Shown here: piece after piece, positions 1 to 10,383 of the stretch
Layout: each line of letters opens with the position of its first letter
How positions within the stretch are numbered: position 1 is the first letter of the stretch
Assembly: GCA_965221905.1 (NCBI GenBank)
Contig: OZ244922.1
Location: 2,048,001 to 2,112,000 of the forward strand
Direction: 5' to 3'
DNA from: Chloroflexota bacterium
Lineage (GTDB): Bacteria; Chloroflexota; UBA11872; VXOZ01
DNA length: 64,000 nucleotides
The notes under the pieces: model-generated
What the model was told of the DNA's origin: nothing
Seen by the model: the letters and a program-made list of their open reading frames with translations, nothing else
Database searches by the model: none
Translations under genes and position numbers: made by a program

Positions 1-41
1 TAAGCTGGTAAGCACACAAGGAAGTAAGAAGGACGTACCGC

Positions 42-851
42 ATGAAGGCGCCGCCGGCACGCGTAATCGAGTTGTTCGACCGCGATGCCCTCAATTTTGA
101 GGAATACCTTCAGAGCCCGCTGGGACGACTGCGGACAGAGCTCATTTGGTCCGGCCTCGCGCCCATGCTCGAGCAGAGCGACTCCGCACACCACGTGCTG
201 GACGTTGGAGGCGGCACGGGGGCCTTTGCGCTTCGCATCGTTGGGCAGGGCCACCGCGTATTGCTGCTTGATCCCGCCCAGGGAATGCTGGACCTTGCGT
301 CAGCCAAGGCAAAGCGTGATCTCCCTTCAAAGGCAAGGGAGAACTTGCGAGTGAAAAAAGGCACCATCACAGACCTAAGCATCCGCTCTTTAGCACGACA
401 CTTCTCAACAGTGCTTGTCCACAATATCCTCGAGTATGCCGTGGGACCGCAACAGATTCTAAGCCACGTTCGCCAGTTAATCCGCGATGACGGTTGCTTG
501 TCCATCGTGGTAGCTAATCGCGACGCAGAGCCCCTGCGAACTGTGGTAAACCAACAGGACCCCTGCACGGCTCTGCAATTGCTCGACAAAACGGTGCATT
601 CGTCTTCACTCTTTGGCGGTTACCGCCGCGTCTATGCGCTTCAAGAGATTGTGTCGATGCTAGACGCAGCCGGATTCTATAGCGTTGGGGTTCGCGGTGT
701 GCGGGTGAACTGCGACTTTCTTTCACAAAGCCTGCTTGAGCAGCAGGACGGCTGGCATGCCGCTTTTGCTCTGGAGCAAGAGCTCATTACGCGCACACCG
801 CACAAATATCTTGCACGCTACTTGCATATCCTCGCCCGACCTCATGACTAG
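42..851 (+). CDS. Class I SAM-dependent methyltransferase (SmtA/CmoM-like)
   Basis: VLDVGGGTG SAM-binding motif; N-terminal 'Y..SPLGRLR' and C-terminal 'LARYLHILAR' resemble SmtA-type proteins. Confidence 0.8.
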   Translation: MKAPPARVIELFDRDALNFEEYLQSPLGRLRTELIWSGLAPMLEQSDSAHHVLDVGGGTGAFALRIVGQGHRVLLLDPAQGMLDLASAKAKRDLPSKARENLRVKKGTITDLSIRSLARHFSTVLVHNILEYAVGPQQILSHVRQLIRDDGCLSIVVANRDAEPLRTVVNQQDPCTALQLLDKTVHSSSLFGGYRRVYALQEIVSMLDAAGFYSVGVRGVRVNCDFLSQSLLEQQDGWHAAFALEQELITRTPHKYLARYLHILARPHD

Positions 852-869
852 CCCAAACAACTGAAGCAA

Positions 870-1877
870 ATGACGCCCAAAAGACCTCTATTCCTGCTCC
901 TGCATTTCCTACTCTTCGCACTTATCCTGGCAGTGGCGCCGGCGCGGGCATATGCTGATGTAACGGAAGTCCAAGACTGGGTCATTCTACAGGGACACTT
1001 CTATACCCAAACGAACGGCAGCGACGGAAGCGATGACCTTGGATATGCAGTCATTGATGATGAAGACGCACTGTTTTGGACTTGGTTTGAAAATCTTGGC
1101 GGCGTCAACGCGTTGGGCTATCCGGTCTCGCAACGCTTTCGCCATGGTGGATTCGTCGCCCAAGCATTTCAGAAGGCAATTCTCCTCTGGGATGAGCAAG
1201 CGCAAGGCGTGCATCTTATGAATCTCTTTGATGAGCTTTCCGCTGCCGGTGCGGATCCGTTCCTTGTAACCCATCGATTCATACCGAAATCAGAGCCTTG
1301 GTTGGAAGACGCAGGCCAGCCGTGGGAAATAGTGGTAGCTAACCATCTCGCACTGCTTGAAGATGATCCGGCGATAAAAGCGGCCTACTACGCCGAATCC
1401 AAACATGGGCGTGACCCCATTACGTTCAATGGACTTCCCATGGGTATACGTGACTTTGGATTCGTGGTCGTGCTGCGCGCGCAGCGGCGCGCGTTTCAGC
1501 ACTGGAAGATAGACACGCCTTCGGCGGGCGTGGGGGTGGTGGAAGTAGTCAATGGGGGCGATTTGGCGAAAGAGCTCAGTCTCATTCCGGCAGCCGCACA
1601 GGAGCCGATGCCGGCCCCATCACCCCCATTTGCATACGGCAATGCCGCACTTGGAGAGACCCTCTACCGTGAGTCCGGATGCGTGCTCTGCCACGGACTG
1701 CTGGCCGATGGCGGGATTGGCCCGGCACTCGTAGGAACCGAATTCGACTTCCCGGCGTTTCTTGATGCCGTGCGCTCCCCTAGCGATACTATGCCGCCAT
1801 ACGATGAAGAACTGATCACGGATCAAGCGGTGCGGGAAATCCTCGCCCACGTGCGTTCTCTGGCCGCTGGGCCTTAG
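870..1877 (+). CDS. Secreted protein: Chloroflexi-type extracellular domain fused to a C-terminal cytochrome c
   Basis: Signal peptide (ARAYA), Pro-rich linker, CVLCH heme motif, 'GIGPAL' and axial Met in 'TMPPY'. Confidence 0.75.
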   Translation: MTPKRPLFLLLHFLLFALILAVAPARAYADVTEVQDWVILQGHFYTQTNGSDGSDDLGYAVIDDEDALFWTWFENLGGVNALGYPVSQRFRHGGFVAQAFQKAILLWDEQAQGVHLMNLFDELSAAGADPFLVTHRFIPKSEPWLEDAGQPWEIVVANHLALLEDDPAIKAAYYAESKHGRDPITFNGLPMGIRDFGFVVVLRAQRRAFQHWKIDTPSAGVGVVEVVNGGDLAKELSLIPAAAQEPMPAPSPPFAYGNAALGETLYRESGCVLCHGLLADGGIGPALVGTEFDFPAFLDAVRSPSDTMPPYDEELITDQAVREILAHVRSLAAGP

Positions 1878-1891
1878 GGTCTCAGCTATCT

Positions 1892-2704
1892 CTATGAGCG
1901 ACGGCGCGTGACCGGCCCAGTGATGCGAGACAGGAGAATGCCAACTTCGTAGAGGAGGTACATGGGAATCGCCACCAGTGCCTGATTGAATGGGTCCGGA
2001 GTAGGCGTGATGACTGCAGCCACGATGGCAACTATGACGACGACGAATGGCCGCCACTTGGAAAGACGCCGCGTGTCCACAATTCCAATTGCAGAGAGAA
2101 AGTAGATGAATATGGGCGTCTGGAATACCAGACCAAGCGCGAGTAGCATTCGTGTCACAAACGAGACATACAGCGAGACGGAGGGAAAACTCTCCACTTG
2201 ATCGGAAATCCAGCTATTCGTTCCTAGCAAGAACCCCAACGCAAACCGCAGCACCACAAAGTAGCAGAAGGCCATGCCAATTACAAAGGCAAATGTGGAA
2301 GTGGGTACGAGCATGTAGAGATAGCGCCGCTCGCGCCGGGTGAGGCCGGGCATAACATAGGCGCCAATCTGATAGACGAGCACCGGCATCGCACCCGCGA
2401 CGCCCACCATAATCGCCACGCGCATGAATGTGAAAATGCCCTCGGTGGGAGAAAACTGGTACAGCGTAGTAACGTTGTCCGGTGCGGGCATTATGAGAAT
2501 TTCCATGATCGGCCTAATAAAGATAAAGCCGACCACCGTAAAGAAGAGCACCGAAAGTACCGCGATCAGCATACGACGCCGCAATTCGGAGAGGTGCTCT
2601 CCCAGCGTCATCTCCATGTCGAGATCTGCTACGTTATCCGGATTCACGCCATCCGGCGCCACCTCCGGCGGTTCCTCCGACCCTGAGCGATTCTCTGTTG
2701 CCAT
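1892..2704 (-). CDS. tatC: Twin-arginine translocase subunit TatC
   Basis: 'MTLGEHLSELRRR', 'SPTEGIFTFM', 'ITPTPDPFNQ', 'LLYEVGI' motifs. Confidence 0.95.
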   Translation of the reverse strand: MATENRSGSEEPPEVAPDGVNPDNVADLDMEMTLGEHLSELRRRMLIAVLSVLFFTVVGFIFIRPIMEILIMPAPDNVTTLYQFSPTEGIFTFMRVAIMVGVAGAMPVLVYQIGAYVMPGLTRRERRYLYMLVPTSTFAFVIGMAFCYFVVLRFALGFLLGTNSWISDQVESFPSVSLYVSFVTRMLLALGLVFQTPIFIYFLSAIGIVDTRRLSKWRPFVVVIVAIVAAVITPTPDPFNQALVAIPMYLLYEVGILLSRITGPVTRRRS

Positions 2705-3297
2705 ACGTGCAGTTACTTCCTTAGACTCATCGCTTCATAGATTAACGCTACACTGGGCACAAGGGAGACTTCAAGTTAGCGTTCCCTGGGGCGAGTGCAG
2801 CAGGCGTGCAAGAGGTCAGCCACGCGTAGCCCAAGCGTGACATATGCGTGTGTTAATGCTACCACTGTGGGCTCATGCGTGCACCGTGCCGAGGCCTTCA
2901 GCGATTGTATAACCCGCTACTGCAACATAGCGCGGGAATTTGCTCAGAAGGCGAAGGCATGGAGCAAGTGTTCGGCCCATCGACATCCCCAAAGCTTGAA
3001 CTGCGCCGCATGTGCGGAGCGATTACACTTGCTGAACCAATTGCCGAATTGGTACGACGAACCGCACATCTAGCGGGAGTATTACAACTAGCAGACTTGG
3101 CTTCTCGATATCCCAAGACTGTGTAAGCCAACCCGCTGACGCTTTAGCATTCGCTTGGGTTTGTATAATGGACAATAGGGCTTGGGAATTCGAAATCATG
3201 CAAGTGCCATGCTTGAATCGCCAGTCGCACAGGTGATGTTCGAATCTCCAAGTCATCCCTATGGGTTCAAAGATAGGCACTCCTCAGTTGGCTCAAA

Positions 3298-5811
3298 ATG
3301 TCGCAACAGGCCGGCCTGCAACGCAATGAAGCAGGCAATTACATAGTCCGCCCAGCAGTCTTGGTCGCGCTGATTGCGCTCCTTGGCTTAGGCGTACGTC
3401 TGTTCTACCTAGGCAATCTCGGCGGCTTCGACTTTGACGAGATAGTCAGCTACGAGTACGCGGAACTACCCCTGGCCACCATGCTGCGGACTATTGCTAC
3501 TCGTACTTTTGAGCATCCTCCCTTCTACTATGCACTGCTCCATCTTTGGTTTAGTGTGCCGGTGGAGCGGTCGGAGTCGTTTGTGCGCCTACTTTCCGTT
3601 GGGCTGGGAACGCTTACGATTCCTACGTCTTTTCTCTTGGCTTCTCGATTGCTGCGCGGCACGCGAGTCGCCTTGCTCACCGCTCTGTTAGTAGCCTTGT
3701 CGCCGCTAGAGGTCTACTTCAGCCGCGAGTCCCGCATGTACGCTCTCCTAGTGCTGCTGGGGGTACTTTCGCTCTGGCTGTTGCTAAAGGCTCTTGATCG
3801 TGGGCGCTGGTGGTGGCTCCTCTACGCGATCGTGACGCTCCTGGCGCTCTACACCCATTACGTTTCGCTGGCAGTTCTCCTTGCCGCGAATTTCTATCTG
3901 GCTTGGGTTTGGCGGCGCAACCCACTACCTCTTCTTGGTTTTGTAGCGCTTGAACTTGCTATTGGGCTCTTACATTTCCCTCTGATCAATTCATCATCCG
4001 GCCTCACCGCCAGCTTGCCGGCTTTTGGCACTGGAAGTTGGAGTTGGAGTTACCTGGCCGCAATTGGTGAGGAAACGTTATCCGGCTTCGTGGTCGGCCC
4101 AGAAGGCGTTGTACGTTCTCGTTGGGCAACAGTGATTACGGGAGTGGTTTGGATTGTAGCCCTCGCTGGAATAGTACGTTTGGTTCGCCGAAGAGAGTGC
4201 TTGCTATTGGCCGCGCTATTTGCTTGTACCCTCGTCGCGTTAGCTGCGCTCGTAGCGATCGACAAGGATTTCCAAATTCGCTACCTCCTGATTCTGCACG
4301 TTCCCTTCCTCATGGTGGTGGCTACCGGACTAGAGCATGTACAAAAGTGGCAGTGGTGGCTTGCATCCGCCGGCCTGGCAGCGGCGACCGCGCTCCCCTT
4401 GCTTCCCTACTACTTCGAGTACCAGCGCGGTGACTACCAGCAAATCACCCAACGCGTTGAATTACTTGCCGTGGACGGTGATGAAGTTGTGCTCACTGGG
4501 CCTTGGCAGGAACGGTATTGGTGCCACTTTTCCACCAGAGACGACGCAAACGTTGCTTCGATCGCCCCAACGGATTCGGGATGTAAACAAGCTACAAAGT
4601 ACGAACTATTCGTGCATCGTATTCCCCTTTCGGTACCGCCTGCCCTGGACCCGGTGCAGACCGACAAAGACATGCGGTTCATTTACGACGTGCACAGGCC
4701 CAAGCAACTTTGGTTCGTCCAAGCCGGACTCGCCCAGGCGGACCCGACTAACTACGTTGAACGGTGGCTGACCGAGCATGCTTGGCAAGGGTACCGTCGC
4801 ACCTACCTCAATGGCGTGCTATCACTGTGGGCGGTGGAGACACGTGGCATGACCCGCGTTGTGCCCACGAACATGAACATCAGTAATGCGTTAGCCGTAG
4901 AGTGGTACGAGATAGAAACAAACCCACAAGCAGGTTCGATTCTGCGCACGACATTCGGCTTGCGCCTACTCAAGCAAACTGATAAAAACATCAAGCTTTC
5001 ATTTCGGTTGTATGATGGGCGCGGAGAGCACATCCAGCGCGATGTTTTTGTCGGTCACCCGCACCATCCCACAAGCTCCTGGGAGGTTGGTGAAACAGTG
5101 TTGTTTCGCGCCGGCATCTTGCTGCCACCCGGCGCGAAACCAGGCATGTACACTCTCGGCTCCATCTTTTATGTCGACTCCGAGCCGCCTCTACCCATAA
5201 GTGTTGGTGGAACTGTTCAGCCTGACAGCCCATTCATCTTGAGCGAGGTTGAATTGCAGCGCGGTCCCCCCGAAGTAGTCGATCCTGCAGTTACTCCTAG
5301 AGAAATCAACGTTCAGTTCGCGGACCCGGAGAAGAGCACCGACCGCCAAATGGTAGCTTTGGAGGGTTTTGGCATCGCGAACCCAACGCTCCAGCCCGGT
5401 GAGGGCTTACAGGTCCTGCTGGTTTGGCGTGCATTGCGGAATGTCGACGCGCAGTTGCTCGCAGAGCTCAGACTGATAGACACAGTAGGCACTGTGGCTT
5501 GGGAGCATCAACGCGTCGTAGGCGGCGAGACGTACCGCGTAGATCGCTGGATAGTTAACGACTTCGTCCGGGATTGGTATTTGAGTGAAATTAGCCCCAC
5601 GCTTCCGAAGGGAGATTATTCACTTCAGCTAAGGGTGCTGAAGCCTTCCGGTCGCGAAGGTGATGAGCAAGTCGCGCTGGTAAATGCCACGGAACGAGAG
5701 ATCAGTGTCTCTCTCGGAACCGTACACATCAGGTCCCAAGACGATCTTCCCGCTCGTCCACCTCTCTGGCAACGCGCTTTGCGGCGCCTTTGGCGCGAAG
5801 TAACCAAGTAG
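3298..5811 (+). CDS. GT-C fold (GT39/ArnT/PMT-like) membrane glycosyltransferase with extracellular C-terminal domains
   Basis: 'FDFDE', 'HPPFYYALLHLW', 'RESRMYAL', 'LYTHY', 'RYLL' motifs; multiple TM helices. Confidence 0.85.
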   Translation: MSQQAGLQRNEAGNYIVRPAVLVALIALLGLGVRLFYLGNLGGFDFDEIVSYEYAELPLATMLRTIATRTFEHPPFYYALLHLWFSVPVERSESFVRLLSVGLGTLTIPTSFLLASRLLRGTRVALLTALLVALSPLEVYFSRESRMYALLVLLGVLSLWLLLKALDRGRWWWLLYAIVTLLALYTHYVSLAVLLAANFYLAWVWRRNPLPLLGFVALELAIGLLHFPLINSSSGLTASLPAFGTGSWSWSYLAAIGEETLSGFVVGPEGVVRSRWATVITGVVWIVALAGIVRLVRRRECLLLAALFACTLVALAALVAIDKDFQIRYLLILHVPFLMVVATGLEHVQKWQWWLASAGLAAATALPLLPYYFEYQRGDYQQITQRVELLAVDGDEVVLTGPWQERYWCHFSTRDDANVASIAPTDSGCKQATKYELFVHRIPLSVPPALDPVQTDKDMRFIYDVHRPKQLWFVQAGLAQADPTNYVERWLTEHAWQGYRRTYLNGVLSLWAVETRGMTRVVPTNMNISNALAVEWYEIETNPQAGSILRTTFGLRLLKQTDKNIKLSFRLYDGRGEHIQRDVFVGHPHHPTSSWEVGETVLFRAGILLPPGAKPGMYTLGSIFYVDSEPPLPISVGGTVQPDSPFILSEVELQRGPPEVVDPAVTPREINVQFADPEKSTDRQMVALEGFGIANPTLQPGEGLQVLLVWRALRNVDAQLLAELRLIDTVGTVAWEHQRVVGGETYRVDRWIVNDFVRDWYLSEISPTLPKGDYSLQLRVLKPSGREGDEQVALVNATEREISVSLGTVHIRSQDDLPARPPLWQRALRRLWREVTK

Positions 5812-6012
5812 CAACTCGTGCACTATGGCTGGCACCGTCTCACCCAAGCCTACTTTGTACACGCCCTCTTGCATTCTGCGGGTCAGTCAATTGCGCTAGC
5901 AACGCCAGGACAATGTCTTGCATTGTAGGCTTGTGTCTGTCTAACTATGGACTTCGATTGACCGTTGAAGGAAGACATCGCTTGTGGTCAGAGGTCTTGG
6001 TTTACCCATAAA

Positions 6013-6058
6013 AAACGCACTCACTTTCCTCAATTACGTTAGAGGAGTGAGTGCGTTT
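6013..6058. terminator. Probable bidirectional intrinsic terminator
   Basis: AAACGCACTCAC...GTGAGTGCGTTT inverted repeat flanked by A and T runs, between convergent genes. Confidence 0.7.
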
Positions 6059-6250
6059 CAGTTTTCGTCGCGTGGATTATCTAGATGGCTCGCCTTGTCA
6101 CCGGCTTTGGCGCATCCACTGCTCTGCCTCTCGGTCAACTTCCCAATGGTTCGCCGCATCGGTAAGCGGGCGCTGGCCCGCTCTCGAATCGGTGGTTTGA
6201 TCGACGGATTCTCGAATAGGCTATGCTACCTGCGACAGTGGGTTATGTTC

Positions 6251-7546
6251 TTAGCCGGCCTTGGCCAGCAATTCCACGAGCCTTGGGCCATGCTCCACCA
6301 CCTTGCGGACGGCCGCGGCAGTCTGCTCGAGCCAGTCTTCGCTGGGATCGACCGGCGTGGAAAGCCAGAAGCACGAATCGTGGACGCGCTCACTGACCGG
6401 CAATGAGCCGCGCTTTAGGGGTTGGCGAGTATCTGACGGCAGATCGCCCCAAGGTCCCCCTAATCCCTCAAAGGAGAAATCGGTAAACAACGGTTCCAAG
6501 TGCATCACGCCGTATCCGAACGGCGTAATCGCCGGTTTCGTGCTGACCCCTTCGGCCACCAGTGCCTTAAGCACACTATTGACCGGTGCACCAATTTCCG
6601 CTGGATCGAACACCCCTGCGTAGAGCAGCAGTCCACCGCGCACTGCCGCGGGATAGGTCTTCTGAGGGTGGATTCCCGGAATTGGCTCCAGAAGGTCATC
6701 GAGTTTCTTGAACCACGCCAGGCGCTTTTCGTTCAGTTCAGGTAGGCGCTCAAGCTGAGCGCGCGCCATTGCCATAGCCAGCGGGTTGGCTCGATACTTT
6801 ACACCGAGCCCGATATTGTGGAGCGACCTAAACTGCTCTGTCTGCCACATTCTTTCATTGCGGCCATAGTGCCCCAGAGCAAGCATGCGGTCGTAGAGAT
6901 CGGGGCAATTCGTGGTAGCGACGCCGGCTTCGATGCCGGTAACCGCTTTACTGCCCTGCAGGCTAAAGCAGCCAATGTCACCCAGGGAACCGACAGACTG
7001 TCCGTCCCAGGTCGCGCCATGGGCATGGGAAGCATCTTCGATCAATGTAATGTCCGTGCCCTCAACCATCTCGCGGAAGGCATCCATATCCGCTGGGTTG
7101 CCGTAGACGTGGGTAACGATGATCGCACAGGTGTTCGGCGTAATCTTGCGGCGCACATCTTCCGGGTCTGCGCAGAACGTCTCTGGATCTATGTCGCAAA
7201 ACACCGGCGTGGCATTGCAGTGCAGAATAGGGGTGATGCTGGCATGCCAGGTCACCGACGGCACGATCACCTCTTTGCCGAGGCGAGCGCCGGATGCAAA
7301 GACAGCAGCGTGAATGGTGGACGTGCCGTTGCAGTGGGCCAGGGCATAGCGTGTGCCGACAAAGTCCCGGAATTGCTCCTCGAACTTCTCAATCTCGTCG
7401 TAGGCGCTGCCGTAGTCATCGAGAACAGCATTCACGTATTGCTTTTCCAGCGGACTCACGCGCTCCCACGTATCATTGGCAGGCGCGGTCACCGCCTTGG
7501 GGCCGCCCTCGAGCGCCAAGGCCTCTCTGCTAATCACCTTTGCCAT
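6251..7546 (-). CDS. DegT/DnrJ/EryC1/StrS family PLP-dependent aminotransferase
   Basis: 'NGTSTIH', 'IEDASHAHGA', 'FSLQGSKAVTGIEAG' (PLP lysine). Confidence 0.92.
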   Translation of the reverse strand: MAKVISREALALEGGPKAVTAPANDTWERVSPLEKQYVNAVLDDYGSAYDEIEKFEEQFRDFVGTRYALAHCNGTSTIHAAVFASGARLGKEVIVPSVTWHASITPILHCNATPVFCDIDPETFCADPEDVRRKITPNTCAIIVTHVYGNPADMDAFREMVEGTDITLIEDASHAHGATWDGQSVGSLGDIGCFSLQGSKAVTGIEAGVATTNCPDLYDRMLALGHYGRNERMWQTEQFRSLHNIGLGVKYRANPLAMAMARAQLERLPELNEKRLAWFKKLDDLLEPIPGIHPQKTYPAAVRGGLLLYAGVFDPAEIGAPVNSVLKALVAEGVSTKPAITPFGYGVMHLEPLFTDFSFEGLGGPWGDLPSDTRQPLKRGSLPVSERVHDSCFWLSTPVDPSEDWLEQTAAAVRKVVEHGPRLVELLAKAG

Positions 7547-7753
7547 CGCACACTCCTTTGAAATGGAAAATTACCGAACGCAGCGCATGCCCAACAGTCT
7601 CACTGCCGTTCCTCACGAGTTTATCATGCTTCGCCTTACGGTAACAGGTGTATCAAAGATTACCCAGCAATCAGGGGAAGGCATTATGTAATCCCTTCCC
7701 CTGTCGTTCTACTCCCATTGTCGCGGCGTTGATTCAACGTGCGGTCAATCCTA

Positions 7754-8458
7754 TCAGGTCAGCTTCCACGTTTTTATTTCCAGCCTGGCAGCCGGGTTGC
7801 GCCAGTCGTGTTGTGCAGGGTCGAGTCCACCGTCGCCGTGGATGCCCGCGTGGACGTGGACAAATCCCTCGGCGGTTGCCGTGTCTCTGGCGTTGTGACT
7901 GCCGCAGGGCGGACCTGGGACGTAATCGCAGCTTTCGCTGTTTCCTTCACTGCCTGCGTCGTAGACATTCAAGTAAACGACCTTGGAGGAGGATAGGTCG
8001 AGACTGTTTGCGCCAATGAAGCCGTCATTCGTTGACACCAGCATGCTGGCTAAGGAGAGTAGCTGCTTACCGTCCGCGATAGTGAACGAAATAGTAACGG
8101 TCTGGCCGGGCCGGATGAGGCCGCCCTCTACTCTGACTTCGGCGACGCTGCTATTCTCATCCGGATTCCACGCCTCACGCAGGCCGGTGGCGTTGCCATC
8201 CTCCGCCATGGCCGCCAACCCGTCACTGGCAGGCTGTCCTAATGTGTAGAGAGGATCGGCATTCCGGTCGTGCCGCGCGGCGAAGACGGAGGTCATCGTC
8301 TGTCCGCGAGTCAGGTTAGTAATGGTGACCTCAACCATCAATTCATCGGTATCGTTGCCGGCGGTGTTGAGCATGCCGGCAGCGTTGAGTATGCCGGCGG
8401 ACAGGGCCAGCAACACCACTAGCCCAGCCAGGGCAATGAGGATTGTCTTTTTGCTCAA
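7754..8458 (-). CDS. Secreted Spondin_N domain protein
   Basis: Signal peptide; 'VTITNLT', 'AMAEDG', 'SMLVSTNDGFIG', 'YDAGSEGNSE', 'VHVHAGIHG'; TTG start at 8458 after AGGAGG. Confidence 0.85.
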   Translation of the reverse strand: MSKKTILIALAGLVVLLALSAGILNAAGMLNTAGNDTDELMVEVTITNLTRGQTMTSVFAARHDRNADPLYTLGQPASDGLAAMAEDGNATGLREAWNPDENSSVAEVRVEGGLIRPGQTVTISFTIADGKQLLSLASMLVSTNDGFIGANSLDLSSSKVVYLNVYDAGSEGNSESCDYVPGPPCGSHNARDTATAEGFVHVHAGIHGDGGLDPAQHDWRNPAARLEIKTWKLT

Positions 8459-8492
8459 TTTAGTATCCTCCTGAAAACGAGCTTTCCTCAAA

Positions 8493-8526
8493 AGACAGGA
8501 GGTAGCATTGCTGCTACCTCCTGTCT
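8493..8526 (-). terminator. Intrinsic terminator downstream of the solute-binding protein gene
   Basis: Perfect 15-bp stem AGACAGGAGGTAGCA/TGCTACCTCCTGTCT followed by a T run on the minus strand. Confidence 0.8.
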
Positions 8527-8574
8527 CAATCGACTAATCGGAGTGTGCCTGCAAACAGGCAGACTTTCCTAGTC

Positions 8575-9945
8575 TTACGTCATCGCCCACTCGGCAGGAC
8601 GGTTGCTGAAGAGCACGTTCATCTCTTCGGCAGACTGTCGGAACGCCTCAGGCACGGTGACCTCACCGGAGATCGCCTTGCGTGTCCATTCGATGTCGAT
8701 GCCCCAAGCCTCAGTGCCTTCCGGCACGATCATGGCATCGTGACCGCCGGAAATCCACACGTCCACCACGTCCGTTACGCGGGTGCCCTTGAATGGCTCC
8801 AGCCACTTCGGATGCGTGGCGTACTCAATGACGGGCGGCCAGGCGATAGAACCGAAGTGCGGGGTCTCCAGCATGCTCTCGTCAGAATGGAACCACATGA
8901 GGAAGTCCCATGCCAGGTCTTTGGCTTCAGAAAGTGCCATGATGGAGTAGGCATTGCCCAGCACGGTCACGCGCTGATCAAGACCTTTCGGCGGCGGCAG
9001 GAAGTCCAGCGCCTCGCCCAAATGGGGGCGGATACCGTTGTGACGGTAAATACCGTTGTTTTCCATAGCCACAAAGCGCGCCTCAATGTGGTTCTGGCCC
9101 TTCGGGATTTCTTCGCGAATTTCTGGCGGCGGTGTCAACTTGTGCTTGAGCGCCAGGTCAACATTGAACTGGGCGCCTTCCAGAGAAGCCGGATCCGTGC
9201 CATATAGCGCCTTGTCCTTGGTCTCGTTGAGGATCTGGCCGCCAAAGTTGTACATCCACGTGCCCATCATGTAGAACACGTAGTTCTGGTAGATCACCAG
9301 TCCCCACTGCTTCTCATCCTCATTGGTGAGCTTGCGGGAGATTTCCAACAGGTCGTCGTAGCTCCAGTCCGGTGGCGGGATTTCAACACCGGCCTTGGTG
9401 AACATGTCCTTATTGATCATGAAGTTCTCACCGCCCGACTGGAAGGGCACGCCGTAGAGGTTGGGACCCCAACTCCAATTCACCAACTCGCCGGCAAAGT
9501 AGTCCTCTTTGCTGCGCGGGCCTTTGGCGAAATAGGGAGTCAGTTCCTCAATGATACCCGTGAGACCCCACTTGAGCGCCCAGTTAACCTGGTTGTAGGT
9601 AAGGTCCACATTGGTGATGCCAGCCGCAAACTCAGTATTGCGTTTTCCAAAGACTCCACCATTGCCGCGGTCAGCCGACGTCTCGATTGTGATGCCGAGT
9701 GACTCTGCACCAACTCGGAACGTCTCGGAAAGCGCTGTCCAACGGGGGTCTTCCGGTGAGTGGTAATTAGATATCACCAGTACCGGCTTCTCCATCATCT
9801 CGGTCTTTTCCTCGGCCTTGGGCGCCTCGGCCATGTCGGCTTTGGGCTCACCAGTTGGTGCCACTGCCGTGCCGCACGCGGCGAGTATGGCGATACCACC
9901 GGCCGCAACTCCCGAACCTAGCAATGATCGTCTCGTCATTCTCAT
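8575..9945 (-). CDS. ABC transporter extracellular solute-binding lipoprotein (carbohydrate family, Tat signal)
   Basis: 'MTRRSLL' Tat motif, 'LAACG' lipobox, 'LYGVPF', 'NKDMF..AG', 'WDFLMW'; ATG at 9945 after AAGGAGG. Confidence 0.9.
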   Translation of the reverse strand: MRMTRRSLLGSGVAAGGIAILAACGTAVAPTGEPKADMAEAPKAEEKTEMMEKPVLVISNYHSPEDPRWTALSETFRVGAESLGITIETSADRGNGGVFGKRNTEFAAGITNVDLTYNQVNWALKWGLTGIIEELTPYFAKGPRSKEDYFAGELVNWSWGPNLYGVPFQSGGENFMINKDMFTKAGVEIPPPDWSYDDLLEISRKLTNEDEKQWGLVIYQNYVFYMMGTWMYNFGGQILNETKDKALYGTDPASLEGAQFNVDLALKHKLTPPPEIREEIPKGQNHIEARFVAMENNGIYRHNGIRPHLGEALDFLPPPKGLDQRVTVLGNAYSIMALSEAKDLAWDFLMWFHSDESMLETPHFGSIAWPPVIEYATHPKWLEPFKGTRVTDVVDVWISGGHDAMIVPEGTEAWGIDIEWTRKAISGEVTVPEAFRQSAEEMNVLFSNRPAEWAMT

Positions 9946-10092
9946 GGGGGACTCCTCCTTTTTGGCTCTTCCCCAGCGAGAACCTGCAAATGAATGGGCC
10001 AACTCAATCGGCCATCATACGCCCAGCCATGTTGCAAGTCCAATCAGTATTCCGATAAGCGATTCACACTGAAATCGGCTAGGCTAGGAGAG

Positions 10093-10121
10093 ATTATATA
10101 CGTTCCGTCAAGGTGGGTCAA
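10093..10121 (-). promoter_or_regulatory. Sigma70-type promoter for the solute-binding protein gene
   Basis: TTGACC-17 nt-TATAAT on the minus strand. Confidence 0.7.
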
Positions 10122-10383
10122 GGATTTTCTCCGTACAATCCGTTCCCCAAAAATCTCTACAGGAAGCCGCGGGGGCACCACCTCCTGTATTAGTCGTACC
10201 GATCTCTTACAACTGCCTGGGTCCTCCGAGCAAACCGGCAAGTCTCCGGACGAGGCTTAGCTTCCAATTCAAAGATCTGCTAGCAAGAGAGAGTAAAGGG
10301 GGCACTGTTTTGCTGCGCAAGCAAGGAATGCTCAAGGAGAACGTTACGCAGAGCACTAACTTAGCGCGCCCGCTCTAGGTAGA

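Noticed and set aside
2795-3280. Short ORFs between tatC and the GT-C gene
   Set aside because: Overlapping ORFs with no recognisable motif; cannot be supported.
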